From: Octopus vulgaris
Taxonomy: Eukaryota
Assembly (NCBI GenBank): GCA_951406725.2
Contig: OX597818.1
Coordinates: 92,938,001-93,002,000 of the forward strand
Direction of reading: 5' to 3'
Length of the DNA stretch: 64,000 nucleotides
In this document: one piece after another, positions 1 through 11,891 of the stretch
How positions within the stretch are numbered: the stretch's first letter is position 1
Layout of the letters: every line of letters begins with the position of its first letter
The notes under the pieces: generated by a model
Database searches by the model: none
Told to the model about the DNA's origin: nothing
The model's input: the letters and a program-made list of their open reading frames with translations, nothing else
Made by a program: the position numbers and the translations under genes

Positions 1-428
1 TAGCTCTCATCAGGATTAAAAAAATGCAGAGTTTTTTTATATATATGACTCATATTTTAGGTGCCACATGGGAGTGGAACTGAGAGTGTGGTTTAATAGT
101 GTGTTTTTGTGAAATATGAAGACATCGTGATAAGTTGTTTGAACAGCAATCAAACATAAAGATTTTTACTTATAAGCTACAAAAATACACCATTAAGTCA
201 AACCTACATAGCAATTAATAAGTAGATTTCACAAGATGAACGAATATTGCATAAAACGTCTGGGAAACTTAATAAAAATTTTACAATCAGACCAAGGTTA
301 CTGAGATAAAACTTCAAAATCACTGTCAGTGTTTTTTTCTATTAAAAGTAAATGCGATACTTTTCAAAATGTTGAGCAAGGTTTTAATGATGTTTGAATG
401 TATTTATAATTTCATAATTAAAAGAAAA

Positions 429-430
<2 letters not shown>

Positions 431-478
<48 letters not shown>
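431..478. repeat. (AT)n microsatellite
   Basis: Pure AT run seen directly. Confidence 0.95.
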
Positions 479-482
<4 letters not shown>

Positions 483-745
483 TATTATAAAAGGCAGATT
501 TTATCTGCCTCCCTTTGGGAGTTATACAAATCTACAATATAGGATTTCTTCAATTACAATTTACCTGGCATTTTTGAGAGTACAATGCATCGCGTCATGC
601 CAGGTCAGTTTTTAAAATTTAAACTCCAATTAAGCAAAATTTACAGAAAACTCACATTCTGGTGTGTGTGTCAAATGCTTTTCTTAGTCTGGTTTACACC
701 ACACGCAAACGCACACACACAGTGGGCAACGTATAAAATGAAATA
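478..745 (+). mobile_element. Helitron-like 5' terminal segment (truncated; paralog of 2330-2600)
   Basis: Starts A|TC(TC)TTATTATAAAAGGCAGATTTTATCTGCC; about 260 bp closely match the segment starting at 2330. No 3' CTAG end of its own nearby. Confidence 0.65.
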
Positions 746-888
746 AATAGCGACAGAGTGATTTGAGGAAGACTAAAGTGAAAGTATTCTGTCTATGACG
801 CTGATAGATATATGAGTAAAATGTATGGGAAGCTAAGAGCTAAGAGTGAGTGAAAATGTTCTTGGAAGAGAGTAATTAGTAATAAAGT

Positions 889-958
889 AAACATACACTC
901 ATACATACATACATACATACATACATACATACATACATACATACATACATACATACAT

Positions 959-991
<33 letters not shown>

Positions 992-1074
992 TACACACAC
1001 ACATACATACACACACACATACATACATACACACATACATACATACATATACATACATACATACATACATACAT

Positions 1075-1105
<31 letters not shown>

Positions 1106-1255
1106 TACACACACACACAGTATTGAAGCTTGAGAACAATCAGATACATTTGCAACACATCTGTTGAAAATATTATTGTTCACACACATACATATACATA
1201 TATACATACAGACAGACAGACAGATAGACACACACACACACACACACACACACAT
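889..1255. repeat. (TACA)n/(CA)n compound microsatellite
   Basis: Seen directly; explains the CVCM/YVC ORFs. Confidence 0.9.
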
Positions 1256-1317
1256 GATCCAGCATGGCCACAACCTCAAGGCTGAAACATATAAAAGAAT
1301 AACAGAATATAAATGTG

Positions 1318-1670
1318 TGCAAAGTACAAGAAATATTAATGCAGTATATGGGGATTGGACAATAAGCGTAAGGCAGTGTCAATGGTGGTTCCAGAAATCC
1401 TGAGCCATAAACTACAGCCTAGAAGACGAGCCTCATCCTGAAAGATCTGTAGAACTCGACAAGGACATCCTGAAAACCCTGGTGGAACAAAATATCATCG
1501 TAACTGTTGAGGAACTAGCAGAGAAGCTTGGATTTGGTCATTCAACCATTCATTGAGACCTGTGTGCTATCGGAAAAGTCAGCAAATTGGGTCAATGGGT
1601 TCCTCACGAATTTTCCGAGTCTAATTGCATGCAGAGAGTGAATGTATGCTTTTCTTTGCTGTCATATCTC
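1318..1670 (+). mobile_element. Degenerate mariner transposase N-terminal (HTH) fragment
   Basis: Translation RNINAVYG..ISVRQCQWWFQKS*..SLEDEPHPERSVELDKDILKTLVEQN..TVEELAEKLG..KLGQWVPHEF matches the mariner HTH and WVPHEL motif; contains stops. Confidence 0.85.
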
Positions 1671-1691
1671 ACCACTACTGCGCTATGTATA

Positions 1692-2329
1692 TCTATATAT
1701 ATAAAACTGTAGTTGTGTGAGTGTCTGTCCCCTTCGATTTAGATTCCTAACTACTCCCACATTTTGCGGTACAGTTTAACCAAATTCGGGTAGCTTATAG
1801 TCGTGATTCATATCGAGCCCGTCTGAATATTAGCGCGCGTCTACGATGAGTCTACGATTTTTAAAATAATTTAACATCATTTTTTATTCCATTTTAATGC
1901 ATAATTTTTCGGGTGTCGATGGCGGCGGAGTTGGTGTCCACGCTCACACCTGCACCTGTGGGGAAGGGAGTGTAAGGAAATCAACGTCGTAATGCGTTGT
2001 CAAGGAGACCAGTGTTCTTTTAGAACAACGACTTCATGGCTTGAAGACACCAAAACAGAAATGGCTAAGAAAGCGTCTACATGAGTCTACGATTTAAAAA
2101 AAAATTTACCATCGTTTTTTTTTCCATTTTAATGCATTTTTTCGCTATTATATAAGGAAGTAACTCTCTAAAAATGTCTACGATGAGTCAACGATTTAAA
2201 AAAAAAATTTACCATCATATTTTTTCCATTTTTAATGCATTTTTTGCTATTTTTTGGCTATAACTCTCTAAAAATGCTTATATAGTTATTTCCCTTACAA
2301 ACCCGAGCAACGCCGGGCGATACTGCTAG
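1692..2329 (+). mobile_element. Non-autonomous Helitron
   Basis: A|TCTATATATATAAAA start; 3' hairpin CCCGAGCAACGCCGGG then CTAG at 2326-2329; related copy at 8598-8893. Confidence 0.85.
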
Positions 2330-2714
2330 TCTTATTATAAAAGGCAGATTTTTTATCTGCCTCCCTTTGTCACTTATAGAAATCTACAATATAGGATTTC
2401 TTCAATTACAATTTACCTAGCATTTTTAAGAGTAGAATGCATCGGGTTTTGCCAGGTCCACTTTTTAAAATTTCAACCCCAATTAAGCAAAATTTACAGA
2501 AAACTCACATTCTGGTGTATGAGTCAAATGCTTCTCTTAGTGTGGTTTACACCACACCCAAACGCACACACACAGTGTGCAACGAGTAAAATGAAAGTAA
2601 TTCACTTTCTGTAGTGAGTGACTCTTTCACTCTGCCTCCCACTTCCTCTTTACACACATAGACACGCAAATATATAAATAAAATTGTCAGCTAACGTGCG
2701 TGTGTGTGTGCGTG

Positions 2715-2757
<43 letters not shown>

Positions 2758-2801
2758 GTGCGTGTGTGTGTGTGTATGCGTGTGCGTGAGTGTGTGACAG
2801 G

Positions 2802-3466
2802 AAAGTTTTTTAGGACGAATATAAGACCTATATCCAAGTAGCAGAAAGATCGCCCAAAAGTGTATATTGATATTTAAATGTATTTATATATTCATCTATA
2901 CACAGATGTATGTATAATGTGTGTGTATATATTTCCATAGAGGTAACCTTTCACTCCATACAAAGTTTTTTAGGACGAATATAAGACCTATATCCAAGTA
3001 GCAGAAAGATCGCCCAAAAGTGTATATAGATATTTAAATGTATTTATATATTCATCTATACACAGATGTATGTATAATGTGTGTGTATATATTTCCATAG
3101 AGGTAACCTTTCACTCCATACAAAGTTTTTTAGGACGAATATAAGACCTATATCCAAGTAGCAGAAAGATCGCCCAAAAGTGTATATAGATATTTAAATG
3201 TATTTATATATTCATCTATACACAGATGTATGTATAATGTGTGTGTATATATTTCCATAGAGGTAACCTTTCACTCCACACAAAGTTTTTTAGGACGAAA
3301 ATAAAATCTAAAGTTATCTCTAAGTAGCACAAAGATCGCCCAAAAGTGTATATAGATATTTAAATGTATTTATATATTCATCTATACACACATGTATGTA
3401 TAATGTGCGTGTATATATTTCCATAGAGGTAATCATTCAATCCATACAAAGTTTTTTAGGACGAAA
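2802..3466 (+). repeat. 160-bp tandem repeat, about 4.1 copies, inside the Helitron
   Basis: TAGGACGAA recurs at 2811, 2971, 3131, 3291 and 3457 (periods 160, 160, 160, 166). Confidence 0.95.
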
Positions 3467-3716
3467 ATATTTATATATAAAAGAAAGGTTGTGTGTCTGT
3501 CTACTCCGATTTAGATTCCTAACTACTCCCACATTTTGCGATGCAGCTTAACCAAAACCGGGTATCTTATAGTCGTGATTCATATCGAGCCCTTCTGGGT
3601 ATTAGCGCGCGTCTACGATGAGTCTATGATTTTGCAAATAATTTACCATCATTTTTTTCCATTTTAATGCATATTTTTTTTAATAAAGGGAAGTAACTCT
3701 CAAACTTCACACCAAT

Positions 3717-4238
3717 ATGCGTGCTCATATGCGACGTAATATCACATCAGCAGCATTTCCTCACACCCTCCTTGCACTTGGCGAAGGCAAAATACCAGGG
3801 GATGAAAATGGTAATATTGCCATCGATTCCATTTGTACCATTGTTAAGACGCCTTCTGATCTCAGAGATGCAGCATTCCCAGATCTACAAGCTAATTATC
3901 AGAATATGGATTGGATTGGCCAAAAGGCTATACTGGCCCCGAGGAATAAAACTGTTCACCATATTAATGATGAAATGCTAAAACTCATTCCTGGGGAAGT
4001 CTATGTATATCAGTCTATCGATACAACTCCTGACCCAGAGGACGTCATCAACTATCCAATAGAGGTACTCAATTCCTTTGAGCATCCCGGACTACCACCA
4101 CACTTTCTCAAACTTAAAGTTGGTGCCCCTATAATGCTCATCAGAAATTTGGTTCCCCCAAAACAATGCAATAGCACACGTTTGATCGTTAAGTCCTTAT
4201 CTCCCACCGTAAACTTATATCAATATTTGCCTGAATAA
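3717..4238 (+). pseudogene. Helitron RepHel Pif1-family helicase fragment
   Basis: LLALGEG..AILAPRN..IN..YPIEVLNS..PGLPPHFLKLKVGAPIMLIRNL..CNSTRL is typical of Helitron Pif1-like helicases; truncated at both ends. Confidence 0.9.
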
Positions 4239-4492
4239 TCATCATAATTCAGTGCAATCATTAACAGTACTTTCAAGCAATTCAGCCCCGAGCAACGCCG
4301 GGAAATTCTGCTAGTATATATATAAATGCAGTGTACATTTAAACACATTTAAGGCATCCATCATAGGACTTGGTATTTAGAAAGGATGCAGTTTATTTGT
4401 ATTGAATTAATAAATAACAGTTGGTGTAAGTCAATTGCTGTTCATCAATATTTATTTCTCCATTTTCTGTTTCCTTTGAATTTTGTGTGTGC

Positions 4493-4526
<34 letters not shown>

Positions 4527-5279
4527 TTATTAGATCCAAGGATCTAAGTGTAGGAAGTTTGTAAGATTCGAGCAGTCTGTGATAGGTATAAAAAAAAACA
4601 ACGTTGAGGAGCAGTAATAATTTATTGGCGTCGAAAGTTGTAGGTTTTTCCCATATCGATGTTTGATAAGCTGAAAAGATATTTTAGAGCTCACCGTTAG
4701 CAACTTGAATTGCTATAAATGCGAATAAAAATCCAAATTGAGTGAGTGGAGCAGGTAAAATCCATGCTACATGTGTTTTCTAGCTAGCAGATCCTCTGAT
4801 GTAATAGATTACTCAACGAGAAGCACTAGCTACTCATCTAGCTGAAGATACCTTAATTATATGGATGTTAGATGGTCGTTAAGAAATACCAAGTTAACTC
4901 GCCGAAAATATAATTTAAAATGAGTGCTGAAACCGGAAAAACCTACTAAAAAAATTTTTTTTAATATTTTAAAATATGTTTGAAGAAATAAACTGGTCAG
5001 TATGTAAGGAAAGTGAAGGAAGAGGACCAATATTTGAGAGTGGGGAATTGTCTAAAGTTGTTGATAAAAGGAAAATTGAAGAGGAAGGGATTTTGTGTAG
5101 ATGGATATTCTTTGTGAATATTATTCTGGGACTACTTTACTCTATATACATATGTGTGTGTGTGTATGTATGTATGTATATGCATGTATGTATGTATATG
5201 CATGTATGTATGCATGTATGATTGTATGTATGTATATATGCATGTATGTATGTATGTATGTATTATGTATGTATATACA

Positions 5280-5428
5280 GGCGCAGGAGTGGCTGTGTGG
5301 TAAGAAGCTTGCTTACCAACCACATGGTTCCGGGTTCAGTCCACTGCGTGACACCTTGGGCAAGTGTCTTCAACTATAGCCCTCGGACCGACCAAAGCCT
5401 TATGAGTGGATTTGGTAGACGGAAGCTG
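5280..5428 (+). mobile_element. tRNA-derived SINE family A, 5' half (interrupted by an RTE LINE)
   Basis: GGCGCAGGAGTGGCTGTGTGGTAAG..GGTTCAGTCCCACTG (A/B-box-like) plus CCTTGGGCAAGTGTCTT; matches intact copies at 53927-54343 and 50100-50607. Confidence 0.9.
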
Positions 5429-5433
5429 TATAT

Positions 5434-7849
5434 ATCATCATCATCATCATCATTTAGCGTCCGCTTTCCATGCTAGCATGGGTTGGACGGTTCAACTGGG
5501 GTCTGGGAAGCCAGAAGGCTGCACCAGGCCCAGTCTGATCTGACAGTGTTTCTACGGCTGGATGCCCTTCCTAACGCCAACCACTCCGTGAGTGTAGTGG
5601 GTGCTTTTTACGTGCCACCCGCACAGGTGCCAGACGGGGCTGGCAAACGGCCACGGACGGATGGTGCTTTTTACGTGCCACCGGCATGGGGGCCAGGCAA
5701 GGCTGGCAACGGCCACGATCGGATGGTGCTTTTTACGTGCCACCGGCACGGAGGCCAGTCGGGGCGGCGCTGGCAACGGACACGGTCAGGTGGTGCCTTT
5801 TACGTGCCACCGGTACGGGGGCCAGTTGGGGCGGCGCTGGCAACGGACACGGTCGGGTGGTGCTTTTTACGTGCTACCGGCACAGAGGCCAGGCGAGGCT
5901 GGCAACGGCCACGATCGGATGGTGCTTTTTACGTGCCACCGGCATGGAAGCCAGTCGGGGCGGCGCTGGCAACGGACACGGTCAGGTGGTGCTTTTTACG
6001 TGCCACAGGCACGGAGGCCAGGCGAGGCTGGCAACGGCCACGATCGGAAGGTGCTTTTTACATGCCACGGAGGCCAGTCGGAGCGGCGCTGGCCACGGCC
6101 ACTATCGGATGGTACGCTTACGTGTCACCGGCACTGGTATCGCAGCTGCAATTTCCATTGATGTTAATCGACTTCGATTTTGGTTCTGATTTCTGATTTC
6201 ATTTGATTTTGATTTTGATTTCCGATTTCCACTTGCCTCAACGGGTCTTCACAAGTGAAGTTTTGTGTCCCAAGAAGGAAAGGTATGCATAAGTCGACTG
6301 GCTACATCCCAGGTAGAGGCCACGGGTAATGGTCTCACTAGTCCTGCCGAGTCTTCTCATGCACAGCATACTTCCATAGGTCTCGGTCTCTAGTCATCTC
6401 CTCAGTGAGACCTAAAGTTCGAAGGTCGTGCTTCACCGCCTCGTCCCAGGTTTTCCTGGGTCTGCCTCTTCCACAGGTTCCTTCAGGCGCTAGGGTGTGG
6501 CACTTTTTAACACAGCTATCTTCATCCATTCTCGCCACATGACCATACCAGCGCAAACGTCTCTCTTGCACACCACAACTGATGCTTCTTAGGTCCAACT
6601 TTTCTTTCAAGGTACTTACACTCTGTTGAGTATGAACACTGACATTACACATCCATCGGAGCATACTGGCTTCATTTCTAGCGAGCTTACGCATATCCTC
6701 AGCAGTCACGGCCCATGTTTCACTGCCATGTAGCATGGCTGTTTGTACACACGCGTCATACAGTCTGCCTTTTACTCTGAGCGAGAGGCCTTTTGTCACC
6801 AGCAGAGGTAAGAGCTCTCTGAACTTTGCCCAAGCTATTCTTACTCTAGCATTTACACTTTCAGCACACCCGCCCCCGCTACTGACTTGGTCACCTAGGT
6901 AACGGAAACTATCAACTATTTCTAGTTTTTCTCCCTGGAAATTGGCAGAAGTTTGTCTCAGAGCATTTTCAGTGTTTATTGCTCCTGAGCATCTGCCACA
7001 TACAAAAACTATCTTCCTAATTAGCCTTCCTTTGACATTGCTGCACCTCTTATGTGTCCATAGCTTACACTTGGTGCATCTTATAGAGTTTCTACCTACA
7101 CCTTTTCTACAGATCGAGCAGGGCCATCTACCTGAAGGCATTTGTGATTTGTCTACCTTACTACTTATTAGGACTCTGGTTTTAGCTAGATTGACTCTAA
7201 GGCCCTTCGATTCTAATACTTGCTTCTACACCTGAAACTTCTCCTCCAGTTCTGATAGAGACTCAGCAATTAGAGCAAGGTCATCAGCATAGAGGAGCTC
7301 CCAACGGCATCCTGTCTTGAATTCCTCCGTTATTGCCTGGAGGACTATGGTAAATAGGAGGGGGCTGAGGACTGAGCCTTGGTGGACCCCTACCTCTACC
7401 CGGAATTCTTCACTGTACTCGTTGCCAACCCTCACCTTACTAGCAGCGTCCCTGTACATGGCTCGCACAGCTCTCACTAACCATTCATCTATCCCTAGTT
7501 TCCTCAATGACCACCAGATAAGGGATCAGGGGACCCTGTCGAAGGCTTTCTCCATGTCAGCAAAAGCCAGGTACAGGGGCTTATCTTTGGCTAGGTATTT
7601 CTCCTGCAGCTGTCTTACCAGGAATATAGCATCAGTGGTACTTTTCCCTGGCACGAACCCAAACTGCATCTCATCTAAACTAACTCTCTCTCTCTAATTA
7701 GTTGGGCTATGACCCTCTCCGTAACCTTCATTACCTGATCCAACAGCTTGATACCTCTGTAATTATTTGTATCTAGGGCATCACCTGTACCTCTGTAGCA
7801 GTTGACTATTATGCTGCTACACCAGTCATTGGGTATGACTCCTTCGTGT

Positions 7850-7850
<1 letters not shown>
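5434..7850 (-). mobile_element. 5'-truncated RTE-clade LINE (RT, PHD-like finger, long 3' UTR, (ATG)n tail)
   Basis: RT motifs NYRGIKLL, QFGF, GVHQGSVLSP and YADD; RTE C-terminus RRLRWYGHVAR..GRGRPRKTW. In-frame TAG at 7226-7228 and a frameshift in a GA run near 7685; (CAT)n at 5434-5452. Confidence 0.95.
5600..6133 (-). repeat. GC-rich 62/67-bp tandem array in the RTE 3' UTR
   Basis: Core GGTGCTTTTTACGTGCCACCGGCA starts at 5600, 5663, 5725, 5792, 5859, 5921, 5988, 6050 and 6111 (last degenerate). Confidence 0.95.
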
Positions 7851-7906
<56 letters not shown>

Positions 7907-7910
<4 letters not shown>

Positions 7911-8107
7911 TGTGTCTGTGTGTGTGTGTCCAACATCGCTTGACAACCGACGCTAGTGTGTAACTTAGCGGTTCGGCAAAAGAGACCGATAGAATAAGTA
8001 CTAGGCTTACAAAAAATAAGTCCTAGGATCGATTTGCTCAAATAAAGGCGGTGCTCCAGTATGGCTGCAGTTAAAATTACTGAAACAAGCAAAAGAATAA
8101 AAGAGAA

Positions 8108-8109
<2 letters not shown>
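7907..8109 (+). mobile_element. SINE family A, 3' half
   Basis: CATCGCTTGACAACCG..GGTTCGGCAAAAGAGACCGATAGAATAAGTAC..TGAAACAAG..AAAAGAATAAAAG continues the 5280-5428 head as in intact copies. Confidence 0.85.
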
Positions 8110-8597
<488 letters not shown>

Positions 8598-8893
8598 CTA
8601 GCAGTATCACCCGGCGTTGCTCGGATTGTAAGGGAAATAACTATATAAGCATTTTTAGAGAGTTATAGCCAAAAAATAGTAAAAAAATGCATTAAAAATG
8701 AAAAAAAAATTATGGCAAATTTTTTTTTAAATCGTAGACTCATCGTAGACGCGCGCTAATATCCAGAAGGGCTCGATATGAATCACGACTATAAGATACC
8801 CGGTTTTGGTTAAACTGCACCGCAAAATGTGGGAGTACTTAGGAATCTACATCGTAGGAGACAGACACACAACCTCACTTTTATATATAAAGA
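8598..8893 (-). mobile_element. Complete 296-bp non-autonomous Helitron
   Basis: Minus strand reads A|TCTTTATATATAAAAG...CCGAGCAACGCCGGG..CTAG|T; AT target, no TSD; homologous to 1692-2329. Confidence 0.9.
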
Positions 8894-9968
8894 TATGAAT
8901 ATGTTCACATACATACATTCACACACACACATATATATATATATATACATAATTATAGATACATATATGTATGTGTGCATCTACGCATGTATCTATGCAT
9001 GTAAGTACGTACTCATTTATATATATAAATCCTGATATGTATATATATATATTATACATACATACATACACATACACACACGCGTGCACATACATCTGTG
9101 TTTGCGTGTGCGTGTGTGTGTGCGTGTTATTTTGATCTCGTCAGTTTCTTGTTCCTCTGAGTTTTGCCTATGGTTGCATAGGCTCTTCAGGCAAATTATA
9201 ACAGGGAAAATTACTGAATTTTCAAACCTACATATAGTTCCTATCATATATGGTTAGTGAAAAGAATATATAATATGGGGGAGGGCACAGAAATAAGATG
9301 AAAAGAAAGAAGAAAAAGAAACTAAAGAAAAGGAAAAGAAAGAGGGAGTAAGAAGAGAGTAAGAAAAAGAAGAAGAAATTAAGGGTGTGTTTTAATGGAA
9401 GAGAATGAAGTAGAGTGACTGGTCGAAGAATTCGATAGAAGGAGTATAAGATAAGTAGATAAATGAATAAACTATTATATATTGAACGGTTACATGAAAC
9501 TCTGAGTGACAGTTGGTGAGATTTTTATCAGCTTACACACACACACGCACACACACGAGCACTTACACGCATAAAGAGTTGCACAGCTTAAAATAGTGAT
9601 AAATGTGAGGGGAGGTCACTCTAAGCACGCTTTCTGCCTTTGAGGGGAGGTCACTCTCCACTTATTTTTGTCTCGATATATTAATTTTCACTTTTCATTC
9701 ATTGTTAGTATTGCCTTTCATAACATAAATGGCGTACAGAGATATCAGCAGCACATATTCATGAAAAAATGGTTTTAATGCATTTTAGGACCTAGGATGA
9801 TTTTTGGAAAGAATTGCGTTTAATATGCTATGAAATACGGTGATTTACTAACACAGGAATTTACGTATTTTATCCGCATGTAGTTTTATTGTATTTATTA
9901 TATTTCCATGAATGAGTTCGGGTTAATATCGTTGTTGTAGTATTATTAGGACTTTATTATTGTTGCAG

Positions 9969-10031
9969 ATTAGTGATTCTATCGTATCCAAAAATCAGTT
10001 TCCTAAAAGTACAAAGTTATTAACACACCTA
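9969..10031 (+). CDS. Candidate 63-nt stem-region exon of the sulfotransferase (ISDSIVSKNQFPKSTKLLTHL)
   Basis: Acceptor ttattattgttgcag and donor gtaagg; open, phase 0/0, in frame with the exon at 10286. No homology support. Confidence 0.4.
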
Positions 10032-10285
10032 GTAAGGAACGTCTCAACTAATACTACGCACTTTCCTACTTCATATAAATAACGCAAAATATTATGTAGA
10101 AATTATATAAAAGCTAGTTACAAACGTTTGGATAACATAGGATAAAATAGGATATGTTTGGATTACGTAGGATAACTTTCATATTTGCATATATACTCAT
10201 ATTTGTATTTATACAAATAATATATTTATTATTTCATGCTTATATTTATAATGTCTGATATTTCATAATTTAATTCTACATGCAG

Positions 10286-11230
10286 GCTCAATTCACAGAA
10301 GATGATCACAAAGCCTTTTTGGTAGATCAGCAGAACAGAAAATCTTTTTTGAGATCAGCCTGCAAGAAACTCGGTTTACTCCCCAGAAAACGTGAAATGA
10401 AGAAAAGCGAGTTTTCCAGTATTCTTGTCGACGATCCACACGGATTTATGTATTGCCAAATTCCAAAAGTTGCGTGCACTAATTGGCGGCGAGTGTTACT
10501 TGTGTTAACAGGATATTACAATACGACGAAAGGGTCTCAACTGAGAGCTATGGATGTCCATGATTCTTATGATAAGCATTTGACTTACCTCAGTGACCTA
10601 TCAGCTGGAGGAATCACATATCGTTTGCGCAAGTACAAGAAATTTCTATTCGTTCGAGAACCATTTCAAAGACTAGTTTCTGCTTTCAGAAACAAAATCC
10701 TCTCTTCAAAAAATGAATACTTTTTCCAAAGATTTGGCCGCATTATTCTCAAAAGATATCGAAATCGTTCAATGAGTGAAAATTCCATGAGAAAAACAAA
10801 GGTTAAATTTAGTGAGTTTGTGCATTATCTTATCGATGCGTCAACACGGAGAGTTAGTTTAAATGATCATTGGGGTCATTTTAGTCCTTTGTGTCATCCG
10901 TGTTCGATAAAATATGATTTTATAGGTAAATACGAGACATTGGAGAGAGATGCGCATTTTATTCTTCGTGATTTGACACCGAAACACTCGGTTAAATTTC
11001 CATCGCGTAATGACACCTACAGAACTGCACAAACTGGTAATGATTTGGCAGCGCAATATTTCAAAACTCTTTCGCCTGCATCTATAAATAGACTGTGGAA
11101 GATATACCGCATGGATTATTATCTCTTTAATTACTCCTACCCCACGTGGTTAGTACCATCTTATAACAGGAACACAACAATCATTAAACAGTCTTCAAAA
11201 GTAAATCCAGTTAAAATTAAAACTACCTAG
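10286..11230 (+). CDS. CHST11: Carbohydrate sulfotransferase (CHST11/HNK-1ST family), terminal catalytic exon
   Basis: 5'-PSB motif YCQIPKVACTNWRR, 3'-PB motif FLFVREPFQRLVSAFRNK, HW..LCHPC.IKYDFIGKYETLERDA and YRMDYYLFNY. Acceptor tgcag at 10281-10285; TAG at 11228-11230. No N-terminal TM segment, so upstream exon(s) are needed. Exact paralog uncertain. Confidence 0.92.
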   Translation, partial: AQFTEDDHKAFLVDQQNRKSFLRSACKKLGLLPRKREMKKSEFSSILVDDPHGFMYCQIPKVACTNWRRVLLVLTGYYNTTKGSQLRAMDVHDSYDKHLTYLSDLSAGGITYRLRKYKKFLFVREPFQRLVSAFRNKILSSKNEYFFQRFGRIILKRYRNRSMSENSMRKTKVKFSEFVHYLIDASTRRVSLNDHWGHFSPLCHPCSIKYDFIGKYETLERDAHFILRDLTPKHSVKFPSRNDTYRTAQTGNDLAAQYFKTLSPASINRLWKIYRMDYYLFNYSYPTWLVPSYNRNTTIIKQSSKVNPVKIKTT

Positions 11231-11273
11231 AACTTGCTTCTGTGTTATGTGTGTGCGTGAGTGTGTGTATGTA

Positions 11274-11328
<55 letters not shown>

Positions 11329-11460
11329 TTATTTATATATTATATTATATAAGTAAATATGGGAGTGATAGTACTATTAAAATACCATCACTAGTGGCGG
11401 CGAATACCAGCCGTACAGACAAAATTAATGAAATATATATATTATATACATATATATATT

Positions 11461-11622
11461 CCGCAGGTTCCCTCAACCGCTAGGGTGTGGCACTTTTTCA
11501 CACAACTATCTTCATCCATTCTCGCCACATGACCATACCAGCGCAAACGTCTCTCTTGCACACCACAACTGATGCTTCTTAGGTCCAGCTTTTCTCTCAG
11601 AAGCATCAGTTGTGGTGTGCAA
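11461..11622 (-). mobile_element. Short RTE LINE fragment ending in a fold-back inversion
   Basis: Matches 6471-6608; its last 24 nt are the exact reverse complement of 11556-11579. Confidence 0.85.
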
Positions 11623-11729
11623 TATTTGTATATATCTTATATATATTTGTATATATCTTATATATGTAATATATGTATATATATGTATACATGCACATAT
11701 GTATGTATATGTATACATGTATGTGCATG

Positions 11730-11768
<39 letters not shown>

Positions 11769-11891
11769 GTAAAGGTGTGTGTGTGCATATATATTTGTAA
11801 AAATATATGTGCATGCATATTTTTACAGATATGTATACATACGTACATTCATACATACTTACATACATACATACATACATACATGCATGCA

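Larger units (their letters stand above)
2330..4314 (+). mobile_element. Helitron derivative with satellite and helicase fragment, joined head-to-tail to the preceding Helitron
   Basis: Starts TCTTATTATAAAAGG immediately after CTAG; ends CCCCGAGCAACGCCGGGAAATTCTGCTAG|T at 4314; internal second 5'-type module at about 3468-3700. Confidence 0.8.

Noticed and set aside
5280-5350. tRNA gene (also other SINE heads, such as 49426-49495)
   Set aside because: No complete cloverleaf, and the sequence runs on into multicopy SINE bodies.
5600-6133. CRISPR array
   Set aside because: The linkers are homologous to each other, there are no cas genes, and the array lies inside a eukaryotic LINE 3' UTR.
5483-6196. 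237-, 186- and 167-aa ORFs on + as a repeat protein
   Set aside because: All three frames are open because the GC-rich repeat lacks stops; they are antisense to a LINE UTR.
10280-10285. ATG at 10280 as the CHST start codon
   Set aside because: It overlaps the tgcag acceptor, and the product would lack the type II membrane anchor typical of the family.
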